Positions 24,673 through 32,000 of a stretch of DNA of 32,000 nucleotides are shown here, piece after piece. Both the position numbers and the translations under genes were made by a program. Numbering within the stretch: the first letter of the stretch is position 1; each line of letters starts with the position of its first letter. The notes beneath the pieces are model-generated. The model made no database searches. It worked only from the letters and a program-made list of their open reading frames with translations, and was not told the origin of the DNA. Origin of the DNA: an uncultured bacterium (lineage in GTDB: Bacteria; Babelota; Babeliae; Babelales; RVW-14); the NCBI GenBank assembly GCA_963759805.1, contig CAVXAT010000004.1, forward strand, positions 10,562 through 42,561. Reading direction: 5' to 3'.

Positions 24673-26031
24673 ATGAGAAATTCAATATCCTTTGGAACCG
24701 ATGGGGTAAGAGGCCATTCAGATAGGCATCCTTTCACCAAAGAGGCGTTAAAGGCTTTTGGCATGGCAATTGCCCGTTGGGCAAACGAAAAATATGATAA
24801 AAATTGCTCCAAGGCTTTTACTGGGCCAAAAGTTCTAATTGGATACGATACCCGCCTTTCAGGCATAAGAATAAAAAACGAGCTGATAGAAGGCTTAAAT
24901 TGCTTTCCTGTTGAAATTGTTGATGGGGGAATTTTACCTACACCTGCTGTGTACCGTTTAATCAGCATTGATGATACATTTGATTTCGGAATATCTATAT
25001 CTGCTTCACATAATCCGTTTCATGATAACGGAATTAAGCTGTTTGATGCCCAAAAATGTAAATTGAGCCGTCAGGATGAAGAGAAAATTGAACAGTACTT
25101 TGATATTTATTTTAATAAAGCGGAATCTTTGGGCCAAAATTCAGATAAGCGAGTCGAATGGGTGGATGCCGGACAAGCATATATCGATGCTATCTATTCA
25201 AAATTTACACCAAACTACTTATCAGGCATGAAAATTACTCTGGATTGTGCCAATGGAGCAACCTGCGAAATTGCACCTCAGCTTTTCAAAAAGCTTGGTG
25301 CGTCAGTTATCACTATCGGGTCAATGCCGTCCGGGCTTAATATTAATGAAAATTGTGGATCAACTCACCCGGAAAGAATCAAAAATACTGTTATTGGAAA
25401 TAAGTCGACATTAGGGTTTGCATTTGATGGGGATGGTGACAGAGTCATTGCAATTAATAGTCTTGGCCAAATTAAAGACGGAGATGATATTTTAACAATT
25501 CTAACGCAGCATCCTGATTATAAAAGCGTTAATGATATAGTTGGAACCATCACAACAAACCAAGGATTTGAGGCCGAACTGCACAAATTAAACAAAAATC
25601 TGATTCGTACGCAGGTTGGGGATAAATATGTTGCGGCAGCGCTGGAAGAAAAAAACCTTTCATTGGGCGGGGAGACCTGTGGCCATATTATAATTAAAGA
25701 GTATATGCCGACAGGCGATGGCATTTACGTGGCACTCAAAACACTAGAATCGATTATTGCAAATCAAAACTTAGAGATGAAAACTTTTGATAAATATCCC
25801 CAAATTTCGCTAAATATTTCAGTCAAAGAAAAACGTGACCTATCAAAACAACCATATTCAGATATAATCAAAAAGGCGCAGGAATCAATACAGGATGGAC
25901 GAATTGTTGTCAGATATTCCGGAACGGAGAATCTTTTGCGTATAATGACTGAAGCAAAAACTGATAATATTGCGAGAGGCGTTGCTCAAAATCTTGCAAA
26001 TGATCTTACGCAAGCTCTTGGACAAAAATAA
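24673..26031 (+). CDS. glmM: Phosphoglucosamine mutase
   Basis: FGTDGVRG; SASHNPFHDNGIKLF (active-site Ser); FDGDGDR (Mg site); GGETCGH. Confidence 0.9.
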   Translation: MRNSISFGTDGVRGHSDRHPFTKEALKAFGMAIARWANEKYDKNCSKAFTGPKVLIGYDTRLSGIRIKNELIEGLNCFPVEIVDGGILPTPAVYRLISIDDTFDFGISISASHNPFHDNGIKLFDAQKCKLSRQDEEKIEQYFDIYFNKAESLGQNSDKRVEWVDAGQAYIDAIYSKFTPNYLSGMKITLDCANGATCEIAPQLFKKLGASVITIGSMPSGLNINENCGSTHPERIKNTVIGNKSTLGFAFDGDGDRVIAINSLGQIKDGDDILTILTQHPDYKSVNDIVGTITTNQGFEAELHKLNKNLIRTQVGDKYVAAALEEKNLSLGGETCGHIIIKEYMPTGDGIYVALKTLESIIANQNLEMKTFDKYPQISLNISVKEKRDLSKQPYSDIIKKAQESIQDGRIVVRYSGTENLLRIMTEAKTDNIARGVAQNLANDLTQALGQK

Positions 26032-26059
26032 CCTAATTTTAAAATGAAAGGGTGGGTAT

Positions 26060-26719
26060 ATGTTTTTGGATACACTTAAAAAAATAATGCACGAGTTTAA
26101 AAGTTTGTTTATTAGTGGCTTATTTACTATCATTCCAATTGCAGCAACCGTATTTTTTATTAGCTTTACATACAATTTTTTACTTCGTTGTCTTGAACCG
26201 CTTTATAAAATAGAACCCCTAATTCTACATAAAATTCCCGGATCGCAATTTTTTTTAATAATAACTTTGATTATTTTGATGGGCATATTTTTAAAGATTT
26301 TCATAGCAAAAACAGTTATTCATTATTTTGAAAATATGGTTGATAAAATACCTCTTATCAGAGTTGTATATTCTGCGGCAAAAATATTGGTCGATTTCTT
26401 TAAATTCCCAAGCTCAACAGCTAAACCTAAAAAGGTTGTTCTAATTCCTTATCCCAGAAACGGACAGTTTCACTTAGCTTTTTTGCTTGAATCGGCGGAT
26501 GATACATACAAAAAACTCCTTCCGCCATCTCACTGTCAAGATCCAAAAGAAAAGTATTATAAAGTTTTTATGCCAAATTCACCAAATCCGACAAGCGGAT
26601 ACTTTTTTATAATGCCTGAAAGAGATATAATTCACACGGACATTACATTTGAGGAAGCAGTTAAAACACTTGTTTCTTGTGGACTTATAACCCCGGAATC
26701 GTTAAAAAATCTTGAATAA
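26060..26719 (+). CDS. DUF502-family membrane protein
   Basis: Two N-terminal TM helices (GLFTIIPIAATVFFISF; FFLIITLIILMGIFL) are followed by a soluble C-terminal domain containing PNSPNPTSGYFFIMP, as in DUF502 proteins. Confidence 0.55.
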   Translation: MFLDTLKKIMHEFKSLFISGLFTIIPIAATVFFISFTYNFLLRCLEPLYKIEPLILHKIPGSQFFLIITLIILMGIFLKIFIAKTVIHYFENMVDKIPLIRVVYSAAKILVDFFKFPSSTAKPKKVVLIPYPRNGQFHLAFLLESADDTYKKLLPPSHCQDPKEKYYKVFMPNSPNPTSGYFFIMPERDIIHTDITFEEAVKTLVSCGLITPESLKNLE

Positions 26720-26745
26720 TTCTCATAACTCATGAATAAAAGATA

Positions 26746-27798
26746 ATGGTTCTTATAAAATATTTTTTAAAAAGATTTTTTAAATACGTTTTTGTTGTTG
26801 GATTTTTTTTGGCTTTTTTGATCAATTTTATAGAATTTTTTGAAAAAATTGTACATGCAAAAGATGCAGGATTAAATACTATTTTAATGTTTGTTTCGCT
26901 TAATTTTATTCCATCCTTTTTTGATCTGCTTGGTGTCAGTTGTTGGCTTGCTACATGTTTATTAATTAAAGAGTTTTACCAGCAAAATGAGTGGGAAGCT
27001 TTTTCATTGCTTAACATAGGTTATAATAACATTGTGAAGTTATTTGTTTGGGCAAGTTTTTGTCTAATGCTTTTTAGTTTTGTTCTTAGAGAATCTTTCG
27101 TCGAGAGGCTAACTTCCTATGCAGAACAGTATAAAATGGAGAAATTTAAGCAAAAGTCGTCTCAAAAACTGCTCGGAAAATGGTTAATGTTAAACAAAGA
27201 GACAATTGCTTATTTGGGGGTCCTTGACCTTTCCACTAACTCAGGGACGGATATGCTTATGCTTTATCTGAACCCCGACTTTACAATTAAAAAAGTGCTA
27301 AATTCAAAAAATTTTTACATAATTCCAGAAAAACAGGAGCTATGTATTCCGGCTGGTACTGAATTTGATATTGAAAATAACGTACCTGAAGCGATTAACG
27401 ACTTAAAGTTGGTTGTGCCAACTCTGTTTTCTCAAGTTAAAATTAATCTGGATATTCCAACAATTTCTAATCTTTGTCAAAGCCTTTTAAATAGAAGTAT
27501 CCTACCGGTTTCAGTTCAGAATGAATTGGTATACGCCACAATTAGCCGATTGATTTCATATCTAAAGCTTATGTTTTATCCAATCCTCACATTTATGCTA
27601 TTTATGCTTTTTAGCAATTTTATTATTTTGAAATGGGTTGCCATTCTGATGCCCTACGTTTTGTTTACATTTATTCCATTGCTTACTGATTATTTATTTA
27701 CAATGGGTATTAACCCATTAATATTTTTATTTATTTATTTATTTATAGTTCTTTTAATGTTTTATCTACATCGCAGGATAGTTGTTCGGGAACAGTAG
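26746..27798 (+). CDS. LptF/LptG (YjgP/YjgQ) family LPS export permease
   Basis: N-terminal LIKYFLKRFFKYVFVVGFFLAFLINFIEFFEKI pattern. Three TM helices, then a ~150-aa periplasmic domain, then three TM helices. 350 aa. Confidence 0.65.
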   Translation: MVLIKYFLKRFFKYVFVVGFFLAFLINFIEFFEKIVHAKDAGLNTILMFVSLNFIPSFFDLLGVSCWLATCLLIKEFYQQNEWEAFSLLNIGYNNIVKLFVWASFCLMLFSFVLRESFVERLTSYAEQYKMEKFKQKSSQKLLGKWLMLNKETIAYLGVLDLSTNSGTDMLMLYLNPDFTIKKVLNSKNFYIIPEKQELCIPAGTEFDIENNVPEAINDLKLVVPTLFSQVKINLDIPTISNLCQSLLNRSILPVSVQNELVYATISRLISYLKLMFYPILTFMLFMLFSNFIILKWVAILMPYVLFTFIPLLTDYLFTMGINPLIFLFIYLFIVLLMFYLHRRIVVREQ

Positions 27799-27911
27799 AT
27801 CGTAGAATTTAATCTTTTTTAAAAATAATTCGTTGAAAAAAGCTGTTATTATACTAGACTGAGAGCTGGTGTTCGATAGTATAATTAGTGTGTTTTTTAC
27901 CGGGGATTATT

Positions 27912-28871
27912 ATGAATTTTCTTTTTCGCAAGTTATTACAGGCAGCAGTTGTTGCTGGTATAATGTTAAATCTTGCATCTGCATATGATTTAAGCAAGAA
28001 GACATCAACTTCCATTTTTAAAGGTTTTGGAAAATATCCTTATCAACAGAAGTTCAATCCGTTTCGTAATGAGGTTGATTTGATACTTTATGGATGTCTC
28101 GATGAAAATTCAAATGTAAAGGTGGTTAAATCTGCTGATGATTATGCAAACCTTGTTCCGGTTCAGATCACAATGAACTTCCCTGATAACGGCATAAAAA
28201 TGAAAAGGACATATCATGGGTATTATGAAACGGCTACAACAAAAATTGCAGATTCAACATTGAGATTTTTCGGAATGCTTCCGGGCGAAGATTACAAAAA
28301 AGACTTTAAAAACGATTTTTTAATGGCGGAATACGAAGCTGGAATGCCAATTAAAATGGTTTTTGCAAATTTAGATCAATTCAAGGCCGTAAAAAAATAT
28401 CTTCAGGAGAAATTCGAAGGCCCAGAGGGTGTTAGTTCAGACCAAGTCTCAAAAAAGCCTCTTTTGCTTATCGAAATCGAAAGTGGAGAAGCAATTGAAC
28501 AAGTGGATCTTGTTTTCCTGAATAATTATTTTGAGGTTGCAGATACAAGCGATGTCGCTGTTCAAGCATTCTTTGATAAAGTTGGAGAAAATATTGCAAA
28601 TATCGGCTACATGAGAGAATTGGCTCAAGTTGGTAAGTCATTTGGAGATATGATTATGGAATTGATTGACAAAGACTTTGATAGTGGAGATGTAAGCAAA
28701 TTAACAATAAAAACTGTAAAGTGGCTTACCTTTGTGGCGTTGACTGCAGCCGCAATAAAGGTGGTAGATAAATTGGCAGATGCTTATATCACAAAGCCAA
28801 TTGCGGTCAGACTTGGGGTGGAACCGGTCAAGGAAGTATCAAAGCCGGCACTGCCAGCTCCTTCTAATTAA
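27912..28871 (+). CDS. Hypothetical protein with a signal peptide and a C-terminal hydrophobic helix
   Basis: ATG 27912 gives MNFLFRKLLQAAVVAGIMLNLASA. The C-terminal helix is VKWLTFVALTAAAIKVV. The track start is GTG 27888. No domain recognised. Confidence 0.6.
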   Translation: MNFLFRKLLQAAVVAGIMLNLASAYDLSKKTSTSIFKGFGKYPYQQKFNPFRNEVDLILYGCLDENSNVKVVKSADDYANLVPVQITMNFPDNGIKMKRTYHGYYETATTKIADSTLRFFGMLPGEDYKKDFKNDFLMAEYEAGMPIKMVFANLDQFKAVKKYLQEKFEGPEGVSSDQVSKKPLLLIEIESGEAIEQVDLVFLNNYFEVADTSDVAVQAFFDKVGENIANIGYMRELAQVGKSFGDMIMELIDKDFDSGDVSKLTIKTVKWLTFVALTAAAIKVVDKLADAYITKPIAVRLGVEPVKEVSKPALPAPSN

Positions 28872-28892
28872 TAATTTAAAATACTAAGTCAA

Positions 28893-28927
28893 AAAGCCTC
28901 TTTCGAATTCGAAGGAGGCTTTTTTTA
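28893..28927 (+). terminator. Rho-independent terminator
   Basis: agcctctttcgaa/ttcgaaggaggct imperfect palindrome (28895-28920), followed by tttttt (28921-28926). Confidence 0.75.
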
Positions 28928-28988
28928 TATGTTATAATTAAGTTTGGTAAATGGTAAAAAGTATTCAAATTAAAATTAGGAGCCGGGA

Positions 28989-29507
28989 ATGAAAGCATTA
29001 ATTCTATATAAAAGCAAATATGGCCACACAAAACAGTATGCCCAGTGGCTTAATCAAGAGATTAAAAGCGATATCTTTGAGCTTGATAAATGTCCGTCGC
29101 TTGAAAACTATAATTTAATAATTCTGGGCGGTGGGGTTTATATGGGCAAGATAAATGGCGCAGATTTTATTTCAAAAAATTGGAATATATTTAAAAACAA
29201 GAAAGTAATCTTATTCTCTACATCAGGAGCTGAGCCCCACGATCCTGAAATTAAGGGCTTTTATGAAAAAAGTCTTCCGCAAGGCATTCGTACGCAGGTC
29301 AGATATTTTCCACTCAGTGGTGGTTGCGCTTACGAAGCTTTAACGTTTGTGCATAAGATTTTTTCGTTCATTGGATCTTTATTTCAGAAAAATCCACAAA
29401 AAAAATATGAAATGCGCCATGGTTTTAATCGTGTAAAAAAAGAGAATATAAATCCAATTTTGGATTATATAAAAACGTTACTCATGGAAAACATTTCCAT
29501 ATCTTAA
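28989..29507 (+). CDS. Flavodoxin-domain protein (HemG/Flavodoxin_5-like)
   Basis: MKALILYKSKYGHTKQYAQWL is the typical flavodoxin-like N-terminus, and IILGGGVYMG follows. RBS aggag lies upstream. Confidence 0.6.
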   Translation: MKALILYKSKYGHTKQYAQWLNQEIKSDIFELDKCPSLENYNLIILGGGVYMGKINGADFISKNWNIFKNKKVILFSTSGAEPHDPEIKGFYEKSLPQGIRTQVRYFPLSGGCAYEALTFVHKIFSFIGSLFQKNPQKKYEMRHGFNRVKKENINPILDYIKTLLMENISIS

Positions 29508-29516
29508 CGCTTGGGT

Positions 29517-30185
29517 TTACCCCAATCTTTGGTAGCGATGAATAACTTTGCCAATTACTCTGAAATTATCTTTTCCTTTTACAAGAGCAACGGGTGAAGT
29601 TTTATGATTGATAGATTCAAGAACAATAAAGTCATCCGCATAAGTGATTTGCATGATTGCCTTTATTGGATCATTTCCATACTCAACTGCTGCTATATCT
29701 CCTGAGCGGGTCCAAACTTCGGGTGATATTATAAGATAATCACCTTTAATAAAATTTGGTGCCATCGTGTTGTTTTCAATGCACAGGCAGAACATCGAAT
29801 CATCACTGCTATTCAAGACCGGGACAAAGATATCTTTGTATCCGGTTGTTACCTGCATAACTTGATTGTTGTAAGGTGATGGATTTGCCGGAATATCTCC
29901 AACAACAGGAACAATTTTCAATTGCAAGTCAACGGAGGTTGTTTCGGGCATTTTCAGTGCGGTATCAAGGTTGTCCGTTCGTCCCTTACGTTGTGCAAAT
30001 AATTCAATTGGATGTTTGCCAAATGCGGTTGAGAGTTTTTTTAGAGCATCCTCATTCCAGCGTCTTGTCCCATTTTTGATATGGGTGAGATAACTTTCGG
30101 ATAGGCCGGTTTTTTCTGCTAAAACTTTGGTTGTCCATCCCATTTCGCGAAGTAATTCCTTTACTCTTAGCTCCGTTGAAGACAT
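29517..30185 (-). CDS. LexA/phage-repressor-like protein: XRE-type HTH plus S24 peptidase-like C-domain
   Basis: The HTH is WTTKVLAEKTGLSESYLTHIKNG. The C-terminal domain aligns by eye to LexA (NNTMAPNFIKGDYLIISPE vs GMSMKDIGIMDGDLLAV; PIKAIMQI vs TVKRLKK; VIGKVIHRY vs AVGVIR). Confidence 0.65.
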   Translation of the reverse strand: MSSTELRVKELLREMGWTTKVLAEKTGLSESYLTHIKNGTRRWNEDALKKLSTAFGKHPIELFAQRKGRTDNLDTALKMPETTSVDLQLKIVPVVGDIPANPSPYNNQVMQVTTGYKDIFVPVLNSSDDSMFCLCIENNTMAPNFIKGDYLIISPEVWTRSGDIAAVEYGNDPIKAIMQITYADDFIVLESINHKTSPVALVKGKDNFRVIGKVIHRYQRLG

Positions 30186-30398
30186 AGAAATTCCCTTCTT
30201 GGTTAATTCGAATTTTAAATTTTTATTCTCCGAATAATATAAACCATGTCAAATTGAAATGCTACTAAAATTTCAAAAAAAATTATAGAAAATAATTTTT
30301 TCATTAAAAATAGTAGCTGAGTATGATTATTTTTGGAATTCGAAATGTTTCAATGAGAAAGAAAGAAGATTATTTTGGCGGGACTTCGGCGAGCGCAT

Positions 30399-31085
30399 TT
30401 ACTTCTTTGAGAGTTTTTTTAGTACAGCTTCAGCTTGGTGGTAGTTATCTATGGCCTCATAAACCTTATCCAGATGTTTTGCATTTAACTCGTTTTTGAT
30501 TCCTATGCACTTCATGCCTGCGGCTTGTGCAGCATTAAAACCATAAATAGAATCCTCAAAAACTATGCAATCTGTAGGTTTTACGCCCATCTTAGATGCG
30601 CTGTGCAAAAATAATGCAGGATCAGGTTTTGGGACAAAGTTTACGTCTGCTACGCAGTACATGTGTTTACCAAAAAAATGTTCCAAGTTAAGTTTTTGTG
30701 CAATGCGTTGTAGGCTTTTTGCATCGGCGTTTGTGGCAATGCTTGTTGGAATGGAATTTTGTGTAAGTTTAGCGTGAAATTCTGCAAAGCCTTCGATAAA
30801 CTCAAGTTGTTTTTCAAAGTATTCATGAGCCAAGGCGATTTTCTTTTCAATAATCTCTTCAGTTGTATGTGGTAAATCAAATGTTTTCTTTAGCAAAAGA
30901 GACGATTGGTTTAGTCCGATCCCCGACATTGTTTGTATGACTGCTTGTTGTTCGACCGTTAACTCTTTTACTCCACAGTATGCAAGGGTATCCAATGTGA
31001 CTTTTTCCCAAATATGCTCAGTTTTGACAATGGTCCCATCCATGTCAAAAATAATGGCTTTTACTGTTTTTTTGATTTCGTTCAT
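30399..31085 (-). CDS. HAD-superfamily hydrolase, subfamily IA (beta-phosphoglucomutase/phosphatase-like)
   Basis: Motif I is IIFDMDGTIV. Motif II is the S/T in PTSIATNA. The KPDP motif and FEDSIYGFNAAQAAGM (motif IV) are present. Confidence 0.8.
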   Translation of the reverse strand: MNEIKKTVKAIIFDMDGTIVKTEHIWEKVTLDTLAYCGVKELTVEQQAVIQTMSGIGLNQSSLLLKKTFDLPHTTEEIIEKKIALAHEYFEKQLEFIEGFAEFHAKLTQNSIPTSIATNADAKSLQRIAQKLNLEHFFGKHMYCVADVNFVPKPDPALFLHSASKMGVKPTDCIVFEDSIYGFNAAQAAGMKCIGIKNELNAKHLDKVYEAIDNYHQAEAVLKKLSKK

Positions 31086-31379
31086 TACATTCTCCCCACC
31101 CTAACCAGAATTGTCCATGCCAGATGTATTTTAATCCCTGAGCATGTTAAAAGTATAGAATTTAAGTAAATTTTGTTCATATAAACAAGTTTAGCAGAAA
31201 CGACAAACATGTCAAATGGAAATAAATAGGCGAAAAAAGAGCAAAAGCTTGGGGCGGTTGCCATTTTTATGATAATGGCTTATAATGTTATTTGTAATGG
31301 GGTTTTTTAAATAATCAAAACTCTCGTAATTTGTAAATAGTAATATTTGGGGGTTATTTTTATATAGGAGGTTTATCTT

Positions 31380-31967
31380 ATGAAAAGGATTATTTTGGGG
31401 CTTCTATTTTTAATGGGGACGTGTTTCAGCCAGTGTTTGGCATGGAGAATTCTTGGAATTAATAACGAATCAAATGAGGTTGTTGGCGTGCAGTTGGTAA
31501 AGGGATACGCTCCTTCGTTTAAAGCGATGATCCCTGCGCATACCCTTCAGCAATTTGATCCCAGTGCTCAATTTGAATGCCCAAAATGTGAGTGGTTTAT
31601 CAATCCGTTTAAAGATGTTGAGGACTACCTACTTGTCACGGCCGGGGAAAAAAGTTTTATGATATTTGAAGGTGGCCATGTGGAGTCTTCGTCTGAGTTA
31701 CAAAGTTGCCTTACCGATGTGTATGGGCATACTTATTGCGAAAAGATAAAACGTCATCAAGGACCATATGCGATTTGGGTATGCGAAGTTATGCGAAATC
31801 AAGGTTTGGAAGTTCAAAATTTAAAAATTTTGGCATGGGTAACGGGTCTTTCTGGGATGATACGTTCCCAAGATAGTGTTTTGAAGATAGGCCTGATAAA
31901 AACCAGGAAAAAACTATCTGCGAAATATCCTGATGGCTTCAGAGAAGATATAGTTTTAAGTTTGTAG
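31380..31967 (+). CDS. Secreted hypothetical protein
   Basis: Strong RBS aggagg. Signal peptide is MKRILGLLFLMGTCFSQCLA. Several Cys residues are present. No domain recognised. Confidence 0.6.
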   Translation: MKRIILGLLFLMGTCFSQCLAWRILGINNESNEVVGVQLVKGYAPSFKAMIPAHTLQQFDPSAQFECPKCEWFINPFKDVEDYLLVTAGEKSFMIFEGGHVESSSELQSCLTDVYGHTYCEKIKRHQGPYAIWVCEVMRNQGLEVQNLKILAWVTGLSGMIRSQDSVLKIGLIKTRKKLSAKYPDGFREDIVLSL

Positions 31968-32000
31968 TAACTTGTCGTAATTTTAATTGATCTTTACAAA

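Noticed and set aside
30377-30396. GC-rich 20-mer ggcgggacttcggcgagcgc just downstream of the HAD gene stop, considered as a terminator or repeat remnant
   Set aside because: It does not form a convincing hairpin and has no T tract. Its similarity to the repeat family is limited to a few bases.
30245-31223. Shared 16-mer catgtcaaattgaaat (30245-30260) / catgtcaaatggaaat (31208-31223) in two promoter-type spacers; possible common operator
   Set aside because: It matches at 15 of 16 positions. In an AT-rich 32-kb window, my rough estimate is that tens of such near-matches are expected by chance across both strands. The second site lacks the palindromic partner. This is not enough evidence.
1-32000. 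CRISPR arrays, IS elements/transposases, integrases, prophage or plasmid genes, toxin-antitoxin pairs
   Set aside because: No regularly spaced direct repeats, no DDE/tyrosine-recombinase-like ORFs, and no terminal inverted repeats flanking ORFs were seen. The only mobile-looking sequences are the short non-coding GC-rich repeats.

Overview
Visibly AT-rich bacterial chromosomal segment, almost entirely coding, with no transposase, integrase, phage, CRISPR, rRNA or tRNA signal that I can see. The backbone is Gram-negative envelope and housekeeping genes: comM/yifB, acpS, skp, lpxD, prs, pth, ppsA, glmM, a DUF502 protein, an LptF/G-like permease, a LysE exporter, a flavodoxin-like protein, a LexA-like repressor and a HAD hydrolase. 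There is also a compact type IV pilus / type II secretion-like module (PilB/GspE ATPase, PilO-like, PilP-like, secretin). Interspersed are many family-less proteins with signal peptides: two tandem proline-rich paralogs, a cysteine-containing LRR (RNI/FBXL-like, eukaryote-type) protein, a protein with a kinase-like catalytic motif pattern, and three further orphans. This mix suggests a host-associated, protist-symbiont-like lineage; Dependentiae/TM6-like is only my guess. The main sequence-level surprises are: (1) a dispersed family of short GC-rich palindromic repeats, one copy of which sits in frame inside the essential prs gene, in the manner of Rickettsia palindromic elements; (2) two genes in one + strand cluster, a HerA-like ATPase and lpxD, each broken by a 1-nt frame change at a T homopolymer, the first on a canonical T_TTT_TTG slippery heptamer; (3) a GC-rich 360-nt gap between two minus-strand genes that ends in a good + strand terminator, making it a candidate ncRNA; (4) a G9 tract abutting the comM start codon. 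All functional calls come from motif recognition by eye, with no database search.
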